From NCBI GenBank assembly GCA_963716745.1, contig OY970320.1:192001-256000 (forward strand): DNA of 64,000 nucleotides. The letters are read 5' to 3'. The DNA comes from an uncultured Gemmatimonadaceae bacterium. GTDB lineage: Bacteria > Gemmatimonadota > Gemmatimonadetes > Gemmatimonadales > Gemmatimonadaceae. The translations under genes were made by a program, and so were the position numbers. The notes beneath the pieces were generated by a model, which saw only the letters and a list, made by a program, of their open reading frames with translations, was not told the origin of the DNA and searched no databases. This document shows positions 11,035 to 22,989 of the stretch, piece by piece; within the stretch, counting starts at the first letter, position 1, and each line of letters starts with the position of its first letter.

Positions 11035-12381
11035 ATGGTCAGTTCCGCATTGATACTCAGCGCGATCCGCGAGATCACCAACGTGAAGCAATTGGACCGG
11101 GAAGAGCTGCACAGTCTTCTCGAGGACGGCATTCTCGCGGCCCTCGCGAAGAAGTACGGCCCCACGGTCCAGGCCGAGGTGAAGATCGACGAGGAGACCG
11201 GCGAGATAAAGATCACGCGCCTCCGCGCCGTCGTGGAGGAAGTGACCGATGCGAGCCGCGAAGTCTCGCTCGAGGAAGCGCGCATCTACGACGAAGGGTT
11301 CGAGCCGGGCGACATGCTCGAGGAGCCGGTGGACTTCGCCGAGTTCGGCCGCACGGCCGCACAGGCGGCGAAGCAGCGGATCATCCAGCGCGTCCGCGAG
11401 CGCGAGCGCACCCGCATCCGCGACGAGTTCACCGACCGCGTGGGCGAATTGCTCTCGGGCGAGGTGCAGCAGATCGAGCGCGGCAAGCTCGTGGTGATGC
11501 TCAACAAGTTCCGCGAAGCGGAAGCGATCATCCCGTACCGCGACCAGAACCACCGCGAGCACTATCACCAGGGCGAACCGATCCGCGCGGTGCTCAAGCG
11601 CATCGAGGAGACGCCCAAGGGTCCGCGCCTCATCCTGAGCCGCGCCGACGGGCTGTTCGTCGTGGCGCTGTTCAAGCTCGAAGTGCCCGAGATCCAGCAG
11701 AACATCGTCGAGATCCGCGCGACGGCGCGCGAGGTCGGCAGCCGCACCAAGATCGCCGTGTTCTCGAAGGACGACGCGATCGATCCTGTGGGCGCGTGCG
11801 TCGGGCTCAAGGGCTCACGCGTGCAGGCGGTGGTGAACGAGCTCGGCGGCGAGCGCATCGACATCGTGCCGTGGTCGTCCGACCCCGAGCGGTTCGCGAA
11901 GCTGGCGCTCGCGCCGGCGCGCGTCGCGCGCGTGTTCAGCGATCCGGTGGCGAAGACGATCCAGGCCGTGGTGGACGACGATCAGCTCTCGCTCGCGATC
12001 GGCCGCAACGGCCAGAACGTGCGGCTCGCGAGCGAGCTCACGGGCTGGAAGATCGATCTCTACTCGAGCCGCGAGTGGCTGGAGCGCGGCGGCGACACGC
12101 CGCTCTTCGCGCCGCTGCCCGAGGAAGAGGCCGCGGTGGTGGATGTGCGGCTCTCCGAGATCGAGGGCCTCGGCCCGGCAACGGTGGCCGTGCTGGAAGA
12201 AGCCGGCTACAAGACGCTGAACGACATCATGGATCTCGAGCGCGAGGATCTCGTGCGCCTTCCCGGCATCGCGCCGGAAGAGGCCGACCGGATCATGGCG
12301 ATGATCGACGAGCTCACCGAAGAAGGCGGCAGCGATTCGCCCGAGGGCGGCGCGGCGCCGGAGGACGGGAAGGGATCTTGA
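11035..12381 (+). CDS. nusA: Transcription factor NusA
   Basis: FGRTAAQAAKQ, S1 and KH motifs, DPVGACVG, SLAIGRNGQNVRLA. Confidence 0.97.
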   Translation: MVSSALILSAIREITNVKQLDREELHSLLEDGILAALAKKYGPTVQAEVKIDEETGEIKITRLRAVVEEVTDASREVSLEEARIYDEGFEPGDMLEEPVDFAEFGRTAAQAAKQRIIQRVRERERTRIRDEFTDRVGELLSGEVQQIERGKLVVMLNKFREAEAIIPYRDQNHREHYHQGEPIRAVLKRIEETPKGPRLILSRADGLFVVALFKLEVPEIQQNIVEIRATAREVGSRTKIAVFSKDDAIDPVGACVGLKGSRVQAVVNELGGERIDIVPWSSDPERFAKLALAPARVARVFSDPVAKTIQAVVDDDQLSLAIGRNGQNVRLASELTGWKIDLYSSREWLERGGDTPLFAPLPEEEAAVVDVRLSEIEGLGPATVAVLEEAGYKTLNDIMDLEREDLVRLPGIAPEEADRIMAMIDELTEEGGSDSPEGGAAPEDGKGS

Positions 12382-12725
12382 ACGCGGAGCGGCGCGAACA
12401 GAAGCTCCTCGGTCTCATCGGACTGGGCGTTCGCGGTCGCGGCGCGGTGATCGGAGTGGAGCAGGTACGAATGGCGGCGCAGCGCGGCACGCTCGCACTC
12501 GCGATCGTGGCGCCGGACGCCGCCGAGAACAGCCGGAAGAAGGTGCTGCCGCTCCTGGCAGCGAAGAAGATCTTCGTGCTAGAGGGACCGCGTGCCGCGG
12601 CGTTGGGTGCCGCGGTCGGACGTGAGAGCGCGGCGGCAGTTGGGATCGTCGATCGAAATCTGGCGCGCGGCATTCGGGCCGCGGCGGAAACGGGCTCAGT
12701 CGAGCCCCGAGGGAGGAAGGTTTGA
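12378..12725 (+). CDS. L7Ae/L30e family RNA-binding protein (YlxQ-like)
   Basis: LLGLIGLG, DAAENS, LGAAVGR; position between nusA and infB. Confidence 0.8.
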   Translation: MNAERREQKLLGLIGLGVRGRGAVIGVEQVRMAAQRGTLALAIVAPDAAENSRKKVLPLLAAKKIFVLEGPRAAALGAAVGRESAAAVGIVDRNLARGIRAAAETGSVEPRGRKV

Positions 12726-15424
12726 TCAAGCTTCGCGTGCACGACCTCGCTGGTGAATTCGGCATCTCGAACGATGAGCTGATCTCGATGCTCCGGTCGA
12801 TGGATGTGCCGGTCCGCAGTCATCTCAGTCCGCTCACCGACGACCAGGTCGCGCGTTTGCGCGCGCGCTGGGAGCGCGAGAAGCGCGCCCGTCAGGAGAA
12901 GCCAGCCGCCGCGCCGGCGCGCCGGCGCCGTGGCGCGGGTGCCGCCGGCGAGACCGAGGTCGCCAAGAAGCCGGAGGCCGCGAAGAAATCGGCCGCCAAG
13001 AGTGGAAAGCCTTCGAAGAAGGCGCCCGAACCGCCGCCCGCGCCCGTTGCGCCGGTGGTCGAGGAGGCCAAGCGCCGCCGTCGTACGAAGGCGGACATCG
13101 AAGCGGGCGCCGCCGTTGCCGCGAAGGCCGCCGAGAAGGCCGCGTTCGCCGCCGCAGAGGCGGCCGCGGCCGCACCGGTCATCGAGGCGCCCGTGCGCTT
13201 CGAGCCGCTCGAGACCGAGCGCGTAGCGGCGCGTCCCGCGCCCGCGATGGAGCCGCGCACCGAGCGGCCTGCCGCGGCGGCCACCACGCACTCCACGCAC
13301 TCGACGCCCGCCGCGCCCGAGTGGCAGCGTCCGCGTCCGATCGTGCCGGGTCCTCCGCGGCCCAAGCCGATCGCGAGCGGCGCGCCGTATCCGCCGCGTC
13401 CGTCGGCGTCGTCGGGTTCCACCGGATCCGGTTCGGGCACGCTGCCCGCGCGCCGCGATGACAAGCGCGGCGGCAAGCGGGGCAAGAAGGGGAAGCGCGG
13501 CGCCGTGGACCAGGAAGCGGTGACGGCGAACATCTCCAAGACGATGACCGCCATCCGCGGCGCACCGGCGCGGCGTGGTCCGCGCCGCTCGTCCGATGAG
13601 CCGACCTATCGCGAAGAGGTGGAGGCGCAGCGCGCCGCCGAGGCGGAGCGCGAGCGCACCACCGTGCGCGTGAACGAGTTCATCACCGTGAGCGAGCTCG
13701 CCGCGATCCTCAAGGTGCCCGGTCCGCAGATCGTGGGCTTCGCGCTCAAGAATCTTGGGCTCATGGTGAGCATCAATCAGCGCCTCGACTTCGACCAGAT
13801 CGAGTTGATCGCGAGCGAGTTCGGCTTCCAGGCCGTGCGCGAGGCGGAGTACCAGGTAGCCGTTGCCGAGACAGAGGACGCGGTGGAGAAGGCGGAGGAT
13901 CTGCTCCCGCGTCCGCCCGTCGTCACGATCATGGGTCACGTCGACCACGGGAAGACATCGCTGCTCGACTACATCCGGAAAGCGAGCGTGGTCGCGGGCG
14001 AGTCCGGCGGCATCACGCAGCATATCGGCGCGTATCACGTTTCGCTTCCGAACGGCAAGTCGATCACGTTCCTCGACACGCCGGGCCACGAGGCGTTCAC
14101 CGCCATGCGCGCGCGCGGTGCGCAGGTGACGGACATCGTGGTGCTCGTCGTGGCCGCCGATGACCAGGTGATGCCACAGACGATCGAGGCGATCTCGCAC
14201 GCCAAGAACGCCGGCGTGCCGATCGTCGTCGCGATCAACAAGATCGATCTTCCGCAGGCCAACGTGCAGAAGGTGAAGTCGGACCTTCTGCAGCACGGCG
14301 TGGTGCTCGAGGAGTTCGGCGGCACGACGCTGAGCACGGCGGTTTCCGCCAAGAAGGGGACGGGCGTGAGCGAACTGCTCGACCAGATCCTCCTGCAGGC
14401 GGAACTGCTCGATCTCAAGGCCAATCCGAACAAGCGCGCGACGGGCACGGTGGTGGAAGCGTCGCTCGACCCGGGCAAGGGTCCGGTGGCAACGGTGCTC
14501 GTGCAGAGCGGCACGCTGATCGTGGGCCAGGACTTCATCTGCGGCATGTTCTCCGGCCGCGTGCGCGCGCTGCTCGACGAACGCGGCCGCATTGTGAAGG
14601 AAGCGGGTCCCGCGATCCCGGTGCAGGTGCTGGGCATCGAGGGCGTGCCGATGGCCGGCGACCAGCTCGTCGTGGTCGTGGATGCAGCCGACGCTCGCGA
14701 CGTCGCGCAGCGCCGTCAGCGCCTCGACCGCGAGGCGAAGAGCCGTCGCACGACGCGCGGCGCGCTCGTGTCGCTCGAAGACTTCATGCAGCAGGCGCAG
14801 ACGGACGAACAGCGCCATCTGCGGCTGCTCATCAAAGCCGACCAGGGCGGTCCGGCAGAGGCATTGGCCGACGCGCTCGCACAGCTCACGACGAGCGAAG
14901 TCATGGTCGAGGTCGTGCATCGCGGCGTCGGCGCGATCACCGAGAGCGACATCCTGCTCGCGAAAGCGAGTGGCGCGATCATCGTCGGTTTCCATGTGCG
15001 GCCGGATACAAACGCGCGCGCGGCGGCCGATCGCGAGGGCGTGGACATCAAGCTCTACCGCATCATCTACGAGGCGGTGGACGATGTGAAGGCGGCGCTC
15101 TCCGGCCTCCTGCGCCCCGAGGAGCGCGAAGTCATCCTCGGCGAAGCCGAGGTGCTCCAGCTGTTCAAGGTGCCGAAGGCTGGGGTCATCGCGGGTTGCA
15201 TGGTGCGCAGCGGTCTGATCAATCGCACGGGCCGCGTACGCATCGTGCGCGATGGCGTCGAGGTGTACGATGGCATCATCGGCTCCCTGCGCCGCTTCAA
15301 GGACGATGCGAAGGAGGTCCGCGAAGGCTTCGAGTGCGGTATCGGCATCGAGAACTTCAACGATCTGAAGATCGGCGACCGGATCGAGTGTTATCGCACG
15401 GAGCAGGTCGCGCGCACGCTGTAG
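12722..15424 (+). CDS. infB: Translation initiation factor IF-2
   Basis: GHVDHGKT, DTPGHEAF, NKID, SLRRFKDD, ECGI; Pro/Ala/Lys-rich N-terminal linker. Confidence 0.98.
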   Translation: MIKLRVHDLAGEFGISNDELISMLRSMDVPVRSHLSPLTDDQVARLRARWEREKRARQEKPAAAPARRRRGAGAAGETEVAKKPEAAKKSAAKSGKPSKKAPEPPPAPVAPVVEEAKRRRRTKADIEAGAAVAAKAAEKAAFAAAEAAAAAPVIEAPVRFEPLETERVAARPAPAMEPRTERPAAAATTHSTHSTPAAPEWQRPRPIVPGPPRPKPIASGAPYPPRPSASSGSTGSGSGTLPARRDDKRGGKRGKKGKRGAVDQEAVTANISKTMTAIRGAPARRGPRRSSDEPTYREEVEAQRAAEAERERTTVRVNEFITVSELAAILKVPGPQIVGFALKNLGLMVSINQRLDFDQIELIASEFGFQAVREAEYQVAVAETEDAVEKAEDLLPRPPVVTIMGHVDHGKTSLLDYIRKASVVAGESGGITQHIGAYHVSLPNGKSITFLDTPGHEAFTAMRARGAQVTDIVVLVVAADDQVMPQTIEAISHAKNAGVPIVVAINKIDLPQANVQKVKSDLLQHGVVLEEFGGTTLSTAVSAKKGTGVSELLDQILLQAELLDLKANPNKRATGTVVEASLDPGKGPVATVLVQSGTLIVGQDFICGMFSGRVRALLDERGRIVKEAGPAIPVQVLGIEGVPMAGDQLVVVVDAADARDVAQRRQRLDREAKSRRTTRGALVSLEDFMQQAQTDEQRHLRLLIKADQGGPAEALADALAQLTTSEVMVEVVHRGVGAITESDILLAKASGAIIVGFHVRPDTNARAAADREGVDIKLYRIIYEAVDDVKAALSGLLRPEEREVILGEAEVLQLFKVPKAGVIAGCMVRSGLINRTGRVRIVRDGVEVYDGIIGSLRRFKDDAKEVREGFECGIGIENFNDLKIGDRIECYRTEQVARTL

Positions 15425-15450
15425 CGCCGGCCGGCACCGGGGAGGCAGAG

Positions 15451-15837
15451 ATGGCCAAGGACAATCGGCGCGCCGACCGCGTCGCGGAGGCGATCCGCGA
15501 GGAGGTCGCGATGGCGCTCATTGGCGGCGCGAACGATCCGCGCATCGTGGGCTTCGTGACCGTCACGGGCGTGGATGTCACGCGCGACCTGCGCCACGCC
15601 AAGGTGTTCGTGAGCGTCATGGGCACGGTCGCGGAGCGCGAGCAGACGCTCGAAGGGCTGGCGGCGATCGCGCCGGCGATCCGTACGCGCATCGCGAAGG
15701 TGCTTACGCTGCATTTCGCGCCCACGATCGCGTTCCACAACGATCCCACCATTGAGCGGGCCGCGCGCATTGAGACGCTGCTCACGCAAGTGAAGGAAGG
15801 GCAGGCGCCCGCCAAACGCGAGGATGGCGTCGACTGA
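15451..15837 (+). CDS. rbfA: Ribosome-binding factor A
   Basis: RADRVAEAIREE, DPRI, DLRHAKVFVS; GGAGG RBS. Confidence 0.95.
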   Translation: MAKDNRRADRVAEAIREEVAMALIGGANDPRIVGFVTVTGVDVTRDLRHAKVFVSVMGTVAEREQTLEGLAAIAPAIRTRIAKVLTLHFAPTIAFHNDPTIERAARIETLLTQVKEGQAPAKREDGVD

Positions 15838-16687
15838 CGGCGTGCTCCTCGTGGACAAGCCGGCCGGAGTCACCTCGCACGACGTCGTCGCCATCGCGCG
15901 CCGCGCCCTGGGGATCCGCCGCATTGGCCACGCGGGCACGCTCGATCCTTTCGCCACCGGACTGCTGATCCTGCTCACGGGTCGCGCGACTCGGCTCCTG
16001 CCGTACCTCGACGATGAGCCGAAGGTGTATGAGGCCACGATCCGCTTCGGCACGGAGACCGACTCCGACGACGAGACGGGCTCGGAGACGCGCAGCGCGC
16101 CGGCGCCCTCTGAAACCATCGTGCGCGACGCGATGCCTGCGCTCACTGGCTCACTGGATCAGGTGCCGCCCGACTATTCGGCCAAGCAGGTCGACGGGCG
16201 CCGTGCGTACGCCGCCGCCCGTCGCGGCGCGCCGCTCGCCCTCCGGCCCGCGCACGTGACGGTGCACTCGTGGCAATGGCGCGCGTGGCGCGACACTGAA
16301 CTCGACGTGACGATCAGCTGTTCCGGCGGCACCTACATTCGCGCACTCGCGCGCGACCTCGGCCGCGCCACGAACAGCGCGGCGCATCTCTCGGCGCTCC
16401 GGCGTACCGGTGCGGGCGCGTTCCGAGTGCAGAGTGCCGGGACGCTCGACGCGCTCAAGGGTGGCGAGATCGCATTGCATCCCGCGCGCGAGGCCGTTGC
16501 CTCGATGACCGCTGTGGCACTGAGCGCCGAGCAGGTGCAGCGCGTCGCGCACGGGATGCCCGTCGCCGCCGATGGAAAGGTGGATTCCGCGCGTGCCGCG
16601 CTGATCGATGATGCCGGCGTGCTCGTGGCCGTCGCCGAGCGTGAGGGCGGCGATTGGCGCGCTCGGGTGGTGCTCCGTGATGCGTGA
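15824..16687 (+). CDS. truB: tRNA pseudouridine(55) synthase
   Basis: DKPAGVTSHD, GHAGTLDPFATG, GTYIRAL. Confidence 0.96.
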   Translation: MASTDGVLLVDKPAGVTSHDVVAIARRALGIRRIGHAGTLDPFATGLLILLTGRATRLLPYLDDEPKVYEATIRFGTETDSDDETGSETRSAPAPSETIVRDAMPALTGSLDQVPPDYSAKQVDGRRAYAAARRGAPLALRPAHVTVHSWQWRAWRDTELDVTISCSGGTYIRALARDLGRATNSAAHLSALRRTGAGAFRVQSAGTLDALKGGEIALHPAREAVASMTAVALSAEQVQRVAHGMPVAADGKVDSARAALIDDAGVLVAVAEREGGDWRARVVLRDA

Positions 16688-17612
16688 GTCAGGCCTTCCG
16701 CCCGACGTGCGAGGAACGGTCGTCACCGTCGGCACGTTCGATGGCGTACACCGGGGGCACTGGGATGTGCTTCAGCGCATTGCGGCGCGCGCGCACGCGA
16801 GCGGCCTCGCGAGCCTGCTCATCACCTTCGATCCGCACCCGCTCGAGGTCGTGAACCCCGCCGCCGCGCCGCCGCTCCTCTCGGTGGGGCTCGAGAGGGC
16901 CGAGATCGTTGCGCTCAGCGGCATCGACTACATGGCGGTCCTGCCGTTCACGGCGGAGCTGCAGCGCCTCGACGCCGCGGAGTTCGTGGACCGGATTCTC
17001 CTCGGCCGCTTCCGCATGCGCGAACTCGTGATCGGGCACGATCACGGCCTCGGTCGCGGCCGCACCGGCGACGTGGAGACCCTGCGCCGCCTCGGCGCCG
17101 AGCGCGGCTTCGCGGTGGACGTCGTGCCGGCCGTCACGCTCGACGACGCGCCGCGCACGCCCGTGAGCTCCACGCTCATCCGCCGTCTCGTGGCGGGCGG
17201 CGACCTCGCTCGTGCTGCCAGCGCGCTCGGGCGACTGTATCCGGTGAGCGGCATTGTCCGGCAGGGCGCGCAGCGCGGCCGCGGGCTCGGATTCCCCACG
17301 ATCAATCTGCCCATGCCGGCCGGCCGCAAGTTGATGCCGCCGGAGGGCGTGTACGCCGTGCGCGCGCAGACGCCCGCCGGCGCGTTCGGCGGCATGATGA
17401 ACATGGGGCCGCGCCCCACCTTCGGGGACAGCGAGATCTCGCTCGAGGCGCACCTCTTCGGCGATCCGGGAGAACTCTACGGCCGGCATGTGCGCCTCGA
17501 ATTCGTGGCCCGCCTGCGCGGCACCGAGCGCTTCCCCAGTCCGCAGGCGCTGGCGGCGCAGCTCACGCGCGATGCGGAATCCGCGCGGATTGCGTTGACG
17601 GCGCTTGGCTAG
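16680..17612 (+). CDS. ribF: Riboflavin kinase/FAD synthetase
   Basis: GTFDGVHRGH, GRGLGFPTIN, GVYAV, RPTF. Confidence 0.95.
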   Translation: MRESGLPPDVRGTVVTVGTFDGVHRGHWDVLQRIAARAHASGLASLLITFDPHPLEVVNPAAAPPLLSVGLERAEIVALSGIDYMAVLPFTAELQRLDAAEFVDRILLGRFRMRELVIGHDHGLGRGRTGDVETLRRLGAERGFAVDVVPAVTLDDAPRTPVSSTLIRRLVAGGDLARAASALGRLYPVSGIVRQGAQRGRGLGFPTINLPMPAGRKLMPPEGVYAVRAQTPAGAFGGMMNMGPRPTFGDSEISLEAHLFGDPGELYGRHVRLEFVARLRGTERFPSPQALAAQLTRDAESARIALTALG

Positions 17613-17623
17613 CCGCATATCGT
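17595..17623 (+). promoter_or_regulatory. Putative sigma70 promoter for secDF
   Basis: TTGACG-17nt-TATCGT. Confidence 0.55.
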
Positions 17624-17660
17624 TCTAGGCTCTCCCGAACCACTCCCTTTCGAGTAATCG

Positions 17661-19348
17661 ATGTCCAGCATCCGCTCGCGAATCCTCGTCATCCTCGGCC
17701 TCGTCGCCCTCGCGGCGTTCACGCTCTTCCCGCGCGACGTCACGATCCGCAGCCGCGGCACCGACGGGGTCATGCACTCGACCACCGTGCGCCGCGTGCC
17801 ACTCAAGCGCGGACTGGATCTGCAGGGCGGCATGTACATCGCGCTCGAAGTCGATGAGTCGCACGCCGTGGTTGCGAACAAGAGCGAGGCGATCGACCGC
17901 GCGCTCACGGTGGTCCGCAACCGCATCGACCAGTTCGGCGTCGCGGAGCCGGTGGTGCAGAAGGTGGGGAACGACCGCATTGTGGTGGAACTGCCGGGAG
18001 AGAATGACCGCGCGCGCGCCGAGGACCTCGTGCGCTCGTCCGCGTTCCTGCAGTTCCAGATCACCGACAAGACGAACGCGCTCGAGAAGGTGATGCCGCG
18101 CATTGACCAGCTCATTCGCGACCGGAGCGGTGCGATCGGGGGCGGCGCGACGCCGGGCGCTACGGATACGGCAGCGGGCGGGAAGGGCGCCCTCGATCTG
18201 TTCACGAAGCCGGCGGACACCACGGGCGCCAAGAAGAAGCCGGGCGAGAAGAATGCGCCCAAGGCCGACACGTCGCTCTTCGCGACCGGCGCGGGACCGT
18301 TCTCGAAGCTTGTCCAGCCGGGTGGTATGCCTGGCGAGTATATCGTCGCCTCCGCCGACGTGCCCATGATGCGCCGCTATCTCGACAACCCCGAAGTGCA
18401 GGCCGCGCTGCCGCCTGGCAAGTCCGTGCACTGGGGCGTGGATGAGACGACGCCCGGTGCTCCGCCGCCGGCGTCCTCCTCGTTCTACGTGGTGGACTCG
18501 CGGCCGATCATCACCGGCGAATATCTCGTCGATGCGAAGCCGGTCACCGATCCGATCGAAGGCACCGTCGTCGAGCTTCACGCTGAACAACGAAGGCGGC
18601 CGCCGCTTCCGCGAAGAGACCGGCAAGCACGTAGGCGACTACATGGCGATCGTCCTCGACGATCGCGTGATGGGCCGTCCGCCGGTGATCCAGAGCGCGA
18701 TCGGCACGCGCGGCCAGATCACGATGAAGGGACAGCCGCTGCAAAAGGTGCAGGACCTCGCGCTCGTGCTGCGTGCGGGCGCGCTGCCCGTGCCGCTCAA
18801 AGTGGTGGAGTCGAGCACGGTGGGCCCGAGCCTCGGCGAAGACTCCATTCGCGACGGCGCGCGCGCCGGCGCGGCCGGCGTCGCGCTCGTGATCATCATC
18901 ATGATCGGCTACTACCGGTTCTCCGGCGTGCTCGCGGTCACTGCGCTCACGCTGTACCTGCTCTGGACGCTCGCGCTCCTCGCCGGACTCGACGCCGTGC
19001 TCACGCTGCCGGGGCTCGCTGGACTCGTGCTCTCGGTGGGCATCGCGGTGGACGCGAACGTGCTGATCTTCGAGCGCATTCGAGAGGAGCTCGATCACGG
19101 CAAGAGCGTGCGCGCCGCCATCGATGAGGGCTTCAAGCACGCGATGAGCGCGATCATCGACTCGAACGTCTCCACCGCGCTCACCGCGCTCGTGCTCTAT
19201 CGAGGTCGGCACCGGTCCGGTGCGCGGCTTCGCCGTCACCCTCCTCGCCGGCATCGCGGCGTCGATGGTCAGCGCCATCTACGTCGTCCGCACCTTCTTC
19301 CTGATCTGGCTCAGCCGCCGTCGGGACGCCCAGACTCTGAGCATCTGA
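17661..19348 (+). CDS. secD: Protein translocase subunit SecD (apparent frameshifts near 18575 and 19200)
   Basis: [46 protein letters not shown]. Confidence 0.93.
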
Positions 19349-20354
19349 TGATCCGCATCCTGCATGGAACCACGATCGATTTCATCCGCCTCTGGAAGAT
19401 CACGACGGCGGTCACGCTGGCGTTCATCGTGCCCGGGCTGATCCTCATCGCGGTCAAGGGCTACAACTACAGCATCGAGTTCACCGGCGGTACGTCGATG
19501 CAGGTGGCCTTCCACAAGCCGCCGCAGGTCGCCGAGATGCGGTCGGTGATCGACGGCGCCGGCGTGCGCGGCGAGGAGATCACGCAGTTCGGCGCCGACA
19601 CCGTGTATCTCGATCCGCGTCCAGGACTCCCGCACGGTCGCCGAGCTGGAAGCGCGGCGCCGAGCGGATCGCCGACCGCATCGACTCGGCGCTCGTACGT
19701 CACTACGGCGCGGGCTCGTTCACCGTCGTCGGCACGGGCGCGGTGGGACCCAAGGTGGGAGGCGAACTCCGGCAGAAGGCGCTCCTCGCCATCCTCATCT
19801 CGTTCGTGGTGACGCTCATCTACCTGGCGTTCCGCTTCGAGACGCGCTTCGGCGTCGCCGCCGTGATCGCAACCGCGCACGATATCCTCGCGACGCTCGC
19901 GTTCATCAAGTACATGAACCTCGAGGTGTCGCTCGTCGTCGTCGGCGGCATCCTCACGATGATCGGCTATTCGTTGAACGACACGATCATCATCTTCGAC
20001 CGTGTGCGCGAGAACCTGCACAAGTTCAAGCGCGAGGCGTTCTACGATACGCTGAACCGGTCGGTGAACGAGACGCTGCCGCGCTCGGTGCTGACGCACG
20101 CCACGACCTTCGCCACGCTGCTCGCGCTCACGCTGCTCGGCGGCGAAGTGCTGCGTCCGTTCGCACTGGTCATGCTCTTCGGCGTCGTCACGGGAACGTT
20201 CAGCTCGATCTATGTCGCGTCGCCCATCCTGCTGTGGATCGAGAACAAGTGGCCGCGCGCCATGGGCGAGACGGGCGGCGTCGGCATGAAGCCGCTGCGG
20301 GAGATGGACAAGCACCACGCCATCGAACCGAAACGCTCGCCGGCCGCACGCTGA
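19348..20354 (+). CDS. secF: Protein translocase subunit SecF (apparent frameshifts near 19610-19720)
   Basis: [40 protein letters not shown]. Confidence 0.93.
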
Positions 20355-20400
20355 TCAACCCGCCGCCGCCCTCCCGGGCGGCGGTGTCGCATCGGGAGCC

Positions 20401-21163
20401 ATGTTCATCGACAGTCATGCGCACCTCGCCGATCCCGCCTTCGATCCTGACCGCGACGCGGTGATCGAGCGCGCGTTCACGGCGGGTGCGGAGGCGATCG
20501 TGTGCATCGGGGAGTCGCTCGCCGCGGCCGGGCGCGCCGCCGCGATCGCCAAGGCGCACCCGGGCCGCGTCGCGTTCACGGCGGGCGTGCACCCGCATGA
20601 TGCCGATGAGTTCGACGCAACGCGCGATGTGCCGCTCATCGAGGCCGCACTCGACGCCGGTGCCGCGGCGGTGGGTGAGTGCGGGCTCGACTACCACTAC
20701 GATCATTCGCCGCGCGAAGCGCAGCGTGCGGCGTTCCGCGCGCAACTCGAAGTCGCCGCGCGGCGCCACGCGCCCGTGGTGGTGCATACGCGCGAGGCCG
20801 AAGACGATACGCGCGCGATGATCTCGGCGGCTGCCGGTGTCACCGGAGTCCTCCATTGCTACACGGGCACCACCTCGCTCGCCGAGCACGCCCTCGCCGC
20901 CGGCTGGTACGTCTCCTTCAGCGGCATCATCACGTTCAAGAAATGGACGGACGACGCGCTCCTCCGCCTCGTGCCCGACGACCGCCTGCTCGTCGAGTCC
21001 GACGCGCCCTTCCTCGCGCCCGTCCCGCATCGCGGCAAGCGCAACGAGACCGGCCTTCGTGCCACTCACCATCGCGCGTCTCGCCGCCGCCCGCGGCATG
21101 CCTCCAGACGAGTTGGCAGCAGTCACCGCCGCGAACGCGCGGCGCTTGTTCCGCCTCGCCTAG
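20401..21163 (+). CDS. tatD: TatD family nuclease (apparent frameshift near 21050)
   Basis: [29 protein letters not shown]. Confidence 0.92.
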
Positions 21164-21190
21164 CGGAGGCTCGCGTCGAACGGGTAGTTT

Positions 21191-21229
21191 CCCGCGTCCC
21201 GCCCGAGTCCCGAATCCCGAATCCCGAGC
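21191..21229 (+). repeat. Period-7 tandem repeat (CCCGAAT-type) between tatD and fhs
   Basis: cccgagt cccgaat cccgaat cccgagc at 21202-21229, plus a degenerate cccgcgt-cccg just upstream. Confidence 0.8.
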
Positions 21230-21236
21230 CGTTCAC

Positions 21237-22920
21237 ATGAGCAAGCCCGTCCCCTCCGACATCGAGATCGCCCAAGCCGCCAAGCCACGCCCCATCGGCG
21301 ATGTCGCCGCCGAGCTCGGCCTCGTGCCCGATGAGCTGGACCTCTACGGAAAATTCAAGGCGAAGATCGCGCTCGACGTCTCGCAGCGGAAACCGCGCGG
21401 CCGCCTCGTGCTCGTCACCGGGATCAATCCCACCGCCGCGGGCGAAGGGAAGAGCACCACGCTCGGTCGGGCTCGCCGACGCGCTCCGCCGCCGCGGCAA
21501 GAAGACGGTGCTCTGCATCCGCGAGCCGAGTCTCGGTCCGGTGTTCGGCGTGAAGGGCGGCGCGGCCGGCGGCGGCTACGCGCAGGTGATCCCGATGGAG
21601 GACATCAACCTCCATTTCACCGGCGACTTCCACGCGATCTCGAGCGCGCACAGCCTGCTCTCGGCGATGCTCGACAATCATCTGCACGCAGGGGAATCCG
21701 CTCAGCATCGACTCGCGCCGCATCACCTGGCCGCGCACGATCGACATGAACGACCGCGCGCTGCGCAACGCGGTCATCGGGCTCGGCGGCGTCGCCAACG
21801 GCATCGTGCGCGAGGAGCGCTGGGTGATCATCCCGGCGAGCGAGATCATGGCGATCGTGGCGCTCGCATCCAGCCGCGACGATCTCGAAGCACGCCTCTG
21901 CGCGCATCATCGTCGGCGCCACGACCGGCGCATCACGCAAGCCGATCCGCGCCTCCGATCTCAAGGCCGTCGGCGCGATGAGCCTGCTGCTCAAGGACGC
22001 GATCCGCCCCAACCTCGTGCAGACGCTCGAAGGCGGCCCCGCGATCGTGCACGCCGGTCCGTTCGGCAACATCGCGCACGGCTGCAACTCCATCATCGCC
22101 ACCAAGACCGGACTCGCGCTCGCCGACATCGTCGTCACCGAAGCGGGCTTCGGTTCCGATCTCGGCGCCGAGAAGTTCTTCGACATCAAGTGCCGCTTCG
22201 GCGCGTTGAACCCCGAGGTCGCCGTGCTCGTCGCCACGGTGCGCGCGCTCAAGCTCAATGGCGGCGCCGATAAGAAGCAGCTCGCGAACGAGGACCTCGG
22301 CGCGCTCGAGCAAGGCCTGCCGAACCTCGCCGCGCACATCGCGAACGTGAAGCAGTTCGGCGTGCCGGTGATCGTCGCCGTCAATCGCTTCACGAGCGAC
22401 TCGGAGAAGGAGCTCACGATGGTCGCGGACTTCGCGCGCAAGCAGGGCGTGCGCGTCGCGCTCAACGAAGTGTGGGAGAAGGGCGGGGAGGGCGGCCTCG
22501 AGATGGCAAACGAGGTGATTGCGGCGCTCGACGCTGGCGGCTCCAAGTACGCGCCGCTCTACGACGTGAAGAAACCGATCCGCGAGAAGATCGACACCAT
22601 CGTGACGACGCGTGTACGGCGGCGACGGCGCGGACTACGCGCCCAAGGCCGAGCGCGCGATCGAGTACCTCGAATCGATCGGCCTTGGCGAGACGCCGAT
22701 CTGCATGGCGAAGACGCAGTACTCACTCTCCGACGACGCCACGCTGCTCGGCCGCCCCAAGGGATTCCGCATCACCGTGAACGACGTGTACCCGGCTGCC
22801 GGCGCCGGATTCGTCGTCGCGCAGGCGGGCGACATCATGACCATGCCGGGACTGCCGAAGGAACCGGCTGCCGAGCGCATGGCGATCCTTCCCAACGGAT
22901 CGATCACCGGGTTGTTCTAG
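21237..22920 (+). CDS. fhs: Formate--tetrahydrofolate ligase (four apparent frameshifts)
   Basis: [62 protein letters not shown]. Confidence 0.94.
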
Positions 22921-22989
22921 ACGCGCGCGCCGTCTATATCACAGAGCGTACGTGCGACGCCGACACTTCCACCGCGGGAGCCACACACC

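Noticed and set aside
12314..14995. Long antisense ORFs (also 53248-55905, 56038-58032 and others)
   Set aside because: Shadow ORFs opposite conserved genes, expected at this GC content; no motifs.
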